Source of the DNA: Phallusia mammillata
Taxonomy: Eukaryota
NCBI GenBank assembly: GCA_965637545.1
Contig: OZ281498.1
Location: 11,904,001-11,968,000 of the forward strand
Reading direction: 5' to 3'
Length of the DNA: 64,000 nt
Part shown: positions 1 through 12,000 of the stretch, one piece after another
How the letters are laid out: every line of letters starts with the position of its first letter
Numbering within the stretch: the first letter of the stretch is position 1
Notes under the pieces: generated by a model
What the model was told of the DNA's origin: nothing
Database searches by the model: none
Seen by the model: only the letters and a program-made list of their open reading frames with translations
Made by a program: the position numbers and the translations under genes

Positions 1-3000
1 AAATCAGCTTTTATTACCACAGTGGTCGGGTTGGTCGGTGGGATATGTTTGACAACGCTAGTCTTTACTACATTAGAAGCTGCCTTGCTTGGTCCCACTT
101 TTTTCTGTGCCACGCCTACAGACCGTGTCCTTACAATTCGTTTATTCTTGGCCCTTCTCGCACTTGCAGCGGACATTTTTCGTGAAGTTGCAATTCCAGA
201 TTTCGTTACTTTTTGCTTTTTCTTTTCGCCACGTTTCTTTATCTCTTTGTCCGCGTTGCGATCCTGCTTTACATAAGTGTGGTCTTTCACAACTGGCACA
301 ATTTCCACTTTGTTATTGGTGTTGATTTGCTTAGCGCTGCGCCGGACGTAGCTGCTGTTCGCAAGCGCCACAGTCGAACCAGATTCCTTGCTTTGCTCTC
401 CGTCGCTTTTTATGTCCACGTTTTTACCAATGCATTCCACCGCTTCCGTTTTTTCCTTTGTTTTATCTGTTTTTACTGTGTCTTCGTCAGAGGGGGTTTC
501 CCCGATCGGATTCTCGTCGCGTTTTGATTTGAGCAGCAAATTTTTCTCGTGGCGCAATGCACGCCTCACTTGTTGCTCGGTCTGCAGCGCCAACACTGCG
601 TTGTGAACAGCTTCACGGTCGAGCAAAACCACAAAGTTGCATATTGGTGATTCCACCGGTTCATTTGCAGCCGGTTCATCGACTGCTTTGCACTTTTGCT
701 CAACTTTTTTCTTTGCTTCGACAATTTTGCTTATTTCTGCAGCATGCGGCGATTTATCTAAAGGTGCCTAAAAATAAATTAAAATTCAGTATAATAACTG
801 CATTTAAATGGTCAGCAATAAAAAACGATTTGCCGCAAAACGATAAAAAAACGATAAATAAAAACGATAAATTAGCTAGAATAAACGTAAATTCATAACT
901 TCGTGACCGACTGATTCTGTACAACGCCTTTAAAAGGCCCGACTTACAATGAAGTCACTTAGTCACACATTTCCCTTTTTGCGGGCTAGTAACAGTATGA
1001 CTGTATTTACCAGCTGTGAAAGTTTTTTTTTGTGTGGACTAAATTCAGCGGGAAAAAAAGAAAAATATAAAAAATAGACTACAATACAAATGTGGACCCA
1101 TGAGGAAAGTTGGTTAAAAACAACAGAACCTGTCTTGAAATGTGATGACTCACCTCATTGTGCTTCATCACATCATCAAGATTTTTTTCTTTATTAGTTT
1201 CGGTCGATTCTTTTTGCACGACAGATTCGGGGACTGGTGGCGGGTTGGGGGTTGATTTTTCACCTGCTTTGCTTCGTCTTCGTGGCGATACTGCCATGGC
1301 ATGTAACTTCTGACGCGATGGGGTGGCAGTCTGTGTGTTTTGTTTTATTTTTAGAGCGGTTACGTATTTTAACATTAATGGTATATAAGTTGACAAGATG
1401 GTGTACAAATCAACTGAGTTTTATGTCAGATAAACTTCGTCAATACTTTCAAACAAACACGTATCAAAAAGTGACAAGTTTTCACCTTTGGTTTTTCATT
1501 CGTGTTTTTCAAAGGCTTTGGATCAACAGGCAAGTCCTGTATTGCTTTCTCCTCAGGAACCTTTTCCAGAACATTCTGACCGTTTCCCACCAAGGTCCAT
1601 TGAGTTTTCGATGCTCCATCCTGTATGTATTAAAATCACGAAACATGTTGTTTAACAGATAAATACAGTTTCAACATAAAAAACTAAATTGCCAGGAAGT
1701 TTTTAACCTACTTACTTTACATAAGCATTAATTTTGTTACCTGTGATTTTACAGCGCGTAGTTTTAACTTTTGCACAAACTTTCGCGAGGATTCCATTAC
1801 TTCGACGGGCTCTGACTTCTCTAGAGCTTTCTCCAGTGGGTCTTTGTGCGTCGATGATAGCGTAACTGGACCTTGTGTTTAATGGTCGCAAATCAAACAA
1901 AGCCAAGGCATAAATTTAAATTAAATAAAATTAAAATTTACGTACTTTCGTTTTCGCACTTTGAGGGTGCAGAATCAAGTTTGCTTAGGTTAGTTTCTCT
2001 CAGTTGGCAATCGCCTGACACTCCGCTCTCTGTCGAAAGATTCGTTTCCTTTATTCCACTTGGAGATGTTGCTGCAGAAGAAGAACAACTCGTATTATCA
2101 AACAGTATGAGTAATTTTACAGTCTGAGAATACATTCAACTCACCCTTACTAACTAACCAATATACACACGTTTAAATAACAAATATTAGTTTAATATAT
2201 TTTTACAAACCAACCGGTGTGCTGAGGTGTGAATATTTTGCATGTATTTGATGAAAAGGTTGCTTCATCTTTAGTCGGAGAATTCATCATGTCAACATCC
2301 TCAGTAGTTTCCTGAGCCTGGTAAATTAAAATTTTAGCTGTTTCACATAACAATATATTCAGTAAAAAACCTCATGGCCACTAATTAAGCTTTTCATTAT
2401 CAACTGTTTGTAGGGCCAAAAACATGACGAAATGTTTTACATACCCTGATGTTTCCAACAGGGTCAGTAATATCTTCCTCTGATATCATCTTGTCACCAA
2501 AGCCGTCGTCGGGCTTTTGCAAATCAAGTGAAATGTTGGATACTGATTCCTGGACACTGACTTCACTTTTTTCATTGCAATCCGTACACGTCTATATGTC
2601 ATGTGAGAATTGTAGATTAGTACGTAAAAAAGGTAAAAAGCTGTACAAATTTAGGTCCAATATCTTATCAACTGTGGCTTATGTCATCAGTACACTTAAA
2701 TCTCATCACTCAATCACACTAAAGAGCCATACCAATACAAGAGAGACATTTGTACCTCGTTCGTAGATGTCTGCTTACCTTATTAGAATGAACGAGGTCT
2801 CCATGTTTGACGTTGTTTGGGTGGTCAGTCGGTGGATCTTCCTTGGGGCTTAACGGTTGAGTGGGTTGCAGAGATTGGGGACTAGATTTTAGTGGTGCTA
2901 TTCGATCTGTCTCGTCTCCATCCCTACTTGAGTCCTCGCCATTTGTGTCGAAACCAGGCGTCATAGTAAGTTCGTTTCTGCTCGAAACTCGCTGTCTGAT

Positions 3001-6000
3001 GCCTGGACAGTCTTTGTTCGCACCTGAAGCAGTCACAAAATGCAACTTAAAGTCACCTTGATTGCAGCAAAGGCTACTGAGACGAGTACTATAAGCTTAG
3101 TTTAATATAATGCGTACAATACATACACACACGCAACCTTTCTGGTTGACAATACTGAAAATGGTACATACAACTGTTTTTGTAAATGTCGGTGAAAACA
3201 AATAATTAAACCTCTATGTATGTCTCCCGTACAAAACATTTCAACAACCTGTAGCCACTTCCTTTTCAAACATGCCAGAAACCAACTTAACGAGTGACGA
3301 AATAATGACACTTGCGTACCACGATTTGTCAAGAAATGGTTTTGTAAAAAATAGATAATTGGTTGGTTTGTGAATGTTTCCCCGCACTTGCGTTTGGGTT
3401 GTACCTGGTAATAGTTCGATGCCATCTGATGTTGAATCATTAGATTCGTGTCGCATGTAAGTTCCATCTCTAGTTAGTAGCTGATGATCTAAATGAATTC
3501 ATGAAATTCTTATTTTAAAATACAATTAGCCCATGTTTATGACTTTTGTCTATGATTTTATCTATGATTTTTCGCTCATTACCAGAAAATCCTGCCAAGA
3601 TGACAGTAAAGTTCGTTAACAGTAAATTTAATAACAGCCCTTCTACAACCTATTCAAACAAATGGTTACGAAAAATCAGTTTTATACTCGATGCTAAATA
3701 TATTTTATTTCTTAGGAACACTATACACGGACTTAAAAAGTAGTTTAATCATAAACATTACTGCCAAGGTAGTGATGTATAAAGAATACACGATGTATTC
3801 TTTATACACCACTACCTTGGCAGTAATGTTTATGATTAAAATATTTTATTTCGTTATCAGTTTTAAAAGCGGTTAAGTGTTTGTCGAATCCCAGCATTTG
3901 AAATATGGAAAAAGATAAAAACTTAAAAGCAGTTGCTTTCCTTACCGTTAATATTGTGCAGTGTTGATGCCATGTTAGTAGACCTGGCCTCGTTTAAAGG
4001 GGAAGCGTCAACGAGTGGTGAATTATGCGCTACATTGACATTTCCGCGCTGAAACGTCCGCGTTTGTGAAGGATGAGTCGGGATAGAAGATAGCTGGCCT
4101 CGCTGCTGCCTTGCATCGGCGATCGCTTGCATTTTTAGCTGATACTGGGCTTTCTGAATACATCGTGTCATAACGTCACGATCCAGGTCCCACGATGTTA
4201 AACGTGACTTATTATGACGACCACTTTCCTGCTTTGATGTAGAAACTTTTGAAGTACTTCCTGGTAAGTGATTAAGACTCTCCAAAGATGTCCGTCTTGC
4301 TGGAATTTCAACTGCAGAATGTGATACTGGTTGTTTCGGGGGTTGGTCGGTTTTGTAGATTGGATATTGAACAGATGGGCGGTGGGTGGGATACCGGGGC
4401 GGTTGTCGACCAAAATTTGAATTCAAATAGGAAGTATTCCCAGTCACGCCTTTGTTCCTCGTGGAAATAAGTTGTTCGCGAATAACGTCAACTGATGGTG
4501 GCTGATTGCTGCCACTCGGAGTAGAGACAATCGGAACAAATCCATCGTCGCTGTAACGACGTTGTTCCAAATATTGTGGCGGTTGGCGTTTCTGTTGCGG
4601 CGAGTTTTGATGCATGCGAGAGCTCATTCCTGAGTAAGGGTTAAAACGGCTATCGGACAAATGTGGACTAGCAGTGAATTGATCACCCTGGTGAGATCGC
4701 GGCCGTTGACTTCTGTTGATACGTCGAAGCGACATTGGGCGGCCGGCGGTGCCGGCACCGTCAACTTGGCGGCCTTTATGAAATTTTACGTCGTGAAACT
4801 TTAACGGCAAATTCATCGACATTGTTGGCGCTACACAGCTTGGTGCATCCAGTTTCTGCAAAGTTTTTTGGTTTGAGGGACCAGAAACACTCTTAAAGAC
4901 CGATAGATTTTCTTGCAAGCGAGCTTGCTTGGCTGGATGCAAACAAGATGTAGATTTGGTTAGCGCAAGAGGCAAATCACTCCTTTCCGGTTCACTTGGC
5001 CCATCTTGCAACGACTCTCTTGTTTTCTTACTGAAGTCCAGTGCCCCGTTATCGGTTACAATGTAGTCATGTGTATGCTTTTTACTTGGATGTCGCAAAT
5101 CTAGTGGTGAATCTGATTCCTTCGCTGTTTTTTCGCGTGGTCTCTTGCTTCCACTGCTGACTTTCAGGTTTAAGGGGTTTACGTCAGGATTGGTACATTT
5201 ATAGTCTAAATTTACAGTGGGCCCTGTTGGCTCCGGGCGGGGAATGTGAGCAGTCTTGTATAGAGCGCCACGCACTTTTTCAGATACGACAGGGCTGATA
5301 TGAGGGCGGCTGTGGGACGAACGTTTTCTGTACGACGACGAAGGTTTCTGTAGAACTATTGATTGCGACGACCGTAATCCGACCTGGTGGGTGGAAGGGA
5401 TGCTATGTCGCTTTGGGTGCGCAACCGTATACGTCACATCAGCATTGGCAGTGTCTCGCGTCGGTGTGGAACTGAAGGTGACAAAATAGTTAGGGATCGC
5501 TTCAGGCATGGAATATTTTGTTTTTCGCGGGCTAATCTTGTGTGAATGTTCTTTAGGTGACATCACAGGTGCTGCTGCTTGGTAATAAGGATGAAAAGTC
5601 CTAGCTCGAATTTTTCGAACCTCTCTGGCTGTTTGCTGGCGCTGAGGGCTTCTTAGCGAGTTTGCAGCCTTGGCGATCAGCAGTGAAGAAACCCCTTTTT
5701 CTGGCATAGGAAACAAATCCGATTCGTGGACAAGGTTTGGTCCACGGCTGTGAGCAGGTTCGGGAAAGGGGTCTCCTCGCTGCGATGGAACCGGAAGTTT
5801 TCGCTTGTTGTTGCGGCGTTGCGCGTCATCTACTGCCGTTGCTTGCTGCTTTGTTTCTCCTGTAGGCTGAGCTGACACAGTTTTCAACGCGCTGCGAATT
5901 ACAAGTACCTTTATTACAGACAAGCCCTATCTAAAATTCACTTAATTTTGCGGATACATAAGGCAACACGTTCTACACATTTTCACGCGAGTCATGTTCT

Positions 6001-9000
6001 GTGTACTTACTTCACAATGAAACTCCACACCAAAATTAAGAATCCATAGTAAAGCATTGTAACGAAACTTATTAATGTAAGCTTTTCGTAAACGTTTGAC
6101 GTTTGCACGACTCATGAAACAACGCCTCATTTGCATCAGTATTTATACTCAGACGTCCTTGTCTTAATTTGCCTCATCACTAGCAATGCAATCCAGTTCT
6201 TGCCTTATGGTTTTTGGCGAACAAAACAATCACTAAACGCATTGCAGGGGATAAAGCAATCATCACACAATATCTAAAACGCAACGGCCAGGAAAATCAG
6301 TCAATCAAATGCATTTCCTTTAGTGGACGACGATTTCTCGCTATAAGGCAATACTTTACAAACATTCCTTCAACTAACCATTAAAATTACAGTCAAACAT
6401 AGCTAGATATAGAATCTAATACAAAATTTAGGCCTTAAGATTAAACTTGCAAAATCCCTTCTTGAAGTATCGTTTCGCAAAATAAATAGGCAAATGCAAT
6501 AATCCTAGCCCAACAAAACAAAACAATTTTAGGCACAAACCTATCTTGACGATTTGACAGACGCTGCAGAATACTGCTGAGTTTGGAACCATGCTGCTTG
6601 CCTCCGATTTTACGTGGTGACAGGTTCTTTGTTACCGAGACAACATTAACACTGGGTGAACTGTTTGGCAGGAAACTCGGTGTGATAGCAACTGAAGAAG
6701 AAGGTAGCTTTGAATCAATTGTAGACTCCATTGCGCCAGCAGTGATGGGGTTCATCATTGGTTGTTGATTGTCAAGCTGTTCATTTTTCTTTTCCTTTGT
6801 CTTGTGAGGTGATGCGCCTTTGTTTATCTCGTCTAAACAATATTGTGGTGTATGTAATTGGGAAATATTTCTATTGATGGATTCATACAGGATATTAAAT
6901 AAGCGTTATCAGGTTTGAAACCAGTCCTCCTCAGTGACAAGGATTGCCTTTTGAACCGAGACTATTTTTTAGTCATTTTTTTAGTCTTTGAATTTTGAGG
7001 AATAAAAGCTATTCATTCCTACTTAGAGTGGAGTAAAACCAATGGACGATAAAATCCTTGGTAAAACAGAATCAGTCGGTTTAATAAAGGAATATATATT
7101 TCGCCTATGTGGCATCATCAGTTCCTGTAATCGAAATACAAATCGATATAAAAATGCTGCTTTGAGTTTATTTTATTCATTTTAGCGTGTTTGTTTTAGC
7201 ACTCATTTTTATGTGGATTTGTATTTCGATTACAGGAACTGATGATGCCACATAGGCGAAATATATATTCCTTTATTAAACCGACTGATTCTGTTTTACC
7301 AAGGATTTTATCGTCCATTGGTTTTACTCTACTCTAGTTAAAAAGGCAAACAGTGATCGTCAGGTTAAGCCATGCTGTTGATGGTTTTGATCTATTACTA
7401 AAGTTGTTATTTTTTTCCTGATTAGAGAAAACGCAAGCCCGTCACATACGAGCATTAGGAGCCGTGAGTTAACGCTCTATAACAGTGGTTCCCAACCGTA
7501 TAGTCGAGGAAGAAATGCGGGTAGTTTTATCGAATGTGCCTTCACATAAAAAGGGACGTTGTGCAAGAAGCCAAGCCCAAATTTCACACTGACTTTTGAA
7601 TAAATACATTTATTTACACGCGCTATACTGCACAACTCATTCTGTGTTGTTTCATACAGTTATTTGAAATACAGAAGCCCTACAAAACTGATCCAGTTTT
7701 GCCAGGGTGCCGCAAACTATTTATCTCTTTGATAGGGTGCCGCAAGGTCAAAAAGGTTGGGAACCACTGCTCTATAAGTTATATTTCCAACACATAAGAA
7801 CGTTGAATTTCAATAAAATTACCATTGAAACTTCACATACATGAATTAGTGTTGCTCTAGATTTTAGACTTAACGTTTTATTTTTAGTATGACTTTAGCG
7901 TATAACATCCAAACGTCTTTTTTATAGTTTCATGACATTATTAACTTCTTGAAAAACAAAATAACAGAATATGCCCTATTGTAAAATCTACATAACGTAA
8001 CAAGAACATATGTTGGGAGCAGTGCCAGCAGTTAAAGCTGCTACTTGCAATTTCATTTTGGAAATGGTTAAGGATAAGGTTTTCACCGTAAATTGTTTTC
8101 CAAAAGGTTGTTGCCAACATAATTTTACAAGATTGGAGTACAAAATTGTGTTTTAACGCTTTTCGATTTGATTGTCGAGGGCATGTACTGTAGTGTGCTC
8201 CACAACTTACCATCTACAACTGTGAGCTTCTTATTTTCTTCATCTTTTCCTTCTTCCTCGTCTTGAATCTTGAATTTCTCCACAACCATACTCACGGGCA
8301 TAGCTGCACGCACGACCTTGAAAAGAAAATTATATATTTTACCACGTGAAGCACTTTTTGAACCAAAAGATTTTCAAAATATTTATTATACCCGTGTGCA
8401 GAAATCACTGAGGCGTAATCACTGATACGCATCAAGGGGCAATATAAAACGGGAAACCAAACTTTAAAACAATAAGCTCATTGCCAAACTGCACATGCGA
8501 GTCGCTTCAGTGAACCTAAACAAACCACGACGGGGATAGGCGCGATGTGCTCTTTACCTGATTTCGCTCATGTTTGAGCCTGAAGTGACGACGCAGGTTG
8601 ACTTGACTTGTGAATGACTTTGGACACTCCGTGCATTTGTGGCCGCGTCTCGGTTTTCCGTCCACTCCCAAAGTCTCGCTTGAGTTTAAAATCATCGGGT
8701 CATCCATTGACCCTTTTGCGGCTCTCTCACTGCCACGCTCTTGTGTGCTTGTCGCTCCTATGTTCCTGTTTAAACAAATATTTTCACAGGCGGACAAGAT
8801 ACCGCTAACGCAACGACTGTCACAACCACACTGTTGACGTACTTTTGGTTCAGCATGCCAGCATACAAACTTTGGTACTATCTTAAAGATTCTTATCGCC
8901 TTGGATACACCAACCCTTTTGTATGTCGTAAATATACAAATATGCAAGCATTTTCTGGGATCAGCCCCGAGCGCTCACATTACACCTATGAAAACGGCAA

Positions 9001-12000
9001 AGGCAAACTGCCATACAAGTAACAGTTTAAGTCAGGTCTGCAAACGGCATCATACCAAATCTGATTTTTTTCGAACTCTCACCCGGGGATTTGTTAAGAC
9101 GTAACGTATCTTGGTTTGCTAAAACCCACCTGTTGTTGACACCTGTCGACTCCACAACACTTTGACCTCCCATGAGCGACCCTTTTTCGAACTGATCCAG
9201 CTTCAGGTAAGCTGCAAAATCTATGTTCTCTTCAAATTCGTTGGTCTTATCCCGAACTCGCTTAACAGAAGTTGCAGTTTGAGTCGGTGCTTTCGGCAGC
9301 GCTGGCGCTGAAGTTGAGATCGCTTCTGACAAACTCTTGACTTTGCGCTTCTAAAATAATACGACAAAGAGGTTGGTAGTGAAATACTTTCGAGAAAACT
9401 GTGTATAGTGTGATAACTGATAGCTTGGGCGTTGTAATTCTATGAAACTATAAGTAATATCAATTCTACATATAGAGACAGGAAAACTTTCGTAAGGACT
9501 AGATTAATTTTTGAATGTTACAAAGTTATCAATACGATTTGGCAAACCAAAAATGTGTTGCGGGCCGTAGTTTGGTGACCCCTGCTATAGACCAAAACAT
9601 ATGCAAGTTCAACGCCCTGAGATCGATTAAATTCAAATTACCATTCTGACTGCACGTTCCGCTTTTGTTTTGGTGACCTTCATTTTATGAACCGACCTTA
9701 AATGTTTCACCATATCCGTTTTTTGAATGAATCCTTTCTTACAAACCTTAAAGCAAGACAAACTGATTAGAACTATCAAGGGGACCTAACCACACTTCCA
9801 TTCTGCATGCACTATAAACCATTCATGTAAAGTTATAAAAACTGCATTATTTTGATGTAAAGTAAGATTCCATAGATGTTAGTAAAATGACATAAGTGGG
9901 TATGCCTGCTATCCAGCAAAAAATATTGCACAAAGTTATGTTTTACACAATGCCCTAATTCATTAAGTTCAGAAATTTTTCTCAGCCATTTTTGGGAAGT
10001 TAGTTTGGTAACTGATGAAGTTACAAGGATCGATACACCAGGATGATACTAGCCAGATTTCATCTTGATTACACGCAGAACGTATGGAGGGACTAACTGA
10101 GCAACTGCTGATGTTATAAAATCACAAATGATAACAGAACAGTTTTATAAAGTCTACCACCTTACATACCACAACACATTACAACCAACAGCCTGTGGAA
10201 TATTTCGCATTGGGCCCCTGTTTACCAACTTGATCGTATGACAGGACAAGTAGAAAAAATAGAAAGCTGTGAGGTCATCAAACCCGTGACTCAACCCACT
10301 TACAGCCACCATATGTAAAAAGTTTTTACAAAGGTGTACACGATGCAAGATGATTACACAGCTCTTTTGTTGCTTGCCCTTGTAAGCTCAAAACGCATCG
10401 TAGTAGTTATCCTGTTTACACTACGAGGTTAAGATGTAAAGTTTTAATCCGTTGGTACAAACGGGGTTCACAATTCCATGATCTTTACAACTAACTTTTT
10501 TGCCCTGTAAGACTTAAGCATGTACTGACTCCACTCAGTGCCATGTAAGGACTAGCATCATTACAAAGTTTAAACAATGAGATAAGGTGTTACCTAAGGT
10601 TCATGTGAGACTTTGATCACTTAAGCTTGTTTTATCGTGAACAAAATCTACCAACTAGGTATGTAAAACGATGAAGGTCTAGGCCTACCTTGCACAAGTG
10701 TGGCCGATCCCCTGTGTGTGTCCTTTCATGTCGTCTAGCATTTGTGGATGTTGGGAATCTTTTGGCGCAGAATCGACATGCGTAGGGACGTTCACCTGAG
10801 TGACTTCGTTGATGACGTCGCAGTTCGTGACGTGTGGGGTACGATCGCTCGCAAGAATCGCACTTGAACACGTTGAGCATTTTGCGGACTAAGTTACCGT
10901 GTTTGGCCTGGAAAAGATTAGTAACTATAAGGTTCGTAGAGATACAGGGAATTGCCTACATTGATAACTTTTAAGCAACTGTCAAATGCAACAGTTCGAT
11001 ATACATACTGTCTATACACACACTGATATGATCTGATTACAAAAGCTAGACAGTTTCTAACAAAAGCTAATTCATCAAACTATTTACAAATCGTGAAGGT
11101 TAAATAAATGTAAAATATATTTTTTTCTTTTCCTGAACAATATCCGTTTTTATTAACAAACGTTTCATTGACAATTTGTAAAATATACAGCATGAAAAAC
11201 GTGATCTTAGTTTACGTACAGGTCATGAAATCACAATTCTGTACACATCAGTGGTATTGTGTGCTAATATTGGGAAATAAAGCAAAGAAGAAATTGGACA
11301 AGCTTACTTGGTGATGTCTTCTCAATTCTTCTTTTCGTGTGAAAAATATTTTCTGGCGGGAACACAACTTGCATGCAAACAAATAGAATGAGGCGTCTTT
11401 ATCACCTGTTTCATCACTTTCTGCACTATTGACGATTTCTAAAATACGAAAAATATACGTGAATAACTTCTAGGCTACAGCAGATGATTTTCAATCGAGC
11501 TTATGAAGATTAACTAATGCACACTGGCGTCCAAGTTCAGGAATAGCTATTATTGTAAAATAGATATAAATCTATTCAAACAACGTTCTTTACACAGTAG
11601 TAACACACACAACGATAGAACAGGATGAAGTGGTAAATACTGAAGAGATTTAGACATCGTTGACGCAGGTTGGATTGGGAAAACCTTTGTAAACATGAAA
11701 CCACGACACTGACAAACCAATGATAATTAATTATCTCCAAAGAATTTATAAGGAAGTTTTTTATAAGGAAGTAATTTTAGAGATAAAAAGAACCTTAACA
11801 ATCATATGATATACCTGCTGGAATTTCCGAATCTGAAGTAGATCGGTCAGATGCCGTGGTCGCATTTTCTTCGATTCCTTTCTCCGAATCGCCTGTACAT
11901 AACAAAATAAATTCAAGCGACGTGAGATGCGTTTACAATATATAGCCTACGGCGAAGACTTAACAAAAACGCAGCGGGCAACTTTAACTAAACATTAGTC

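Noticed and set aside
22-898. Several plus-strand ORFs (84-113 aa)
   Set aside because: They are antisense shadows of the Lys-rich minus-strand exon 767-1, which explains their Phe/Leu-rich translations.
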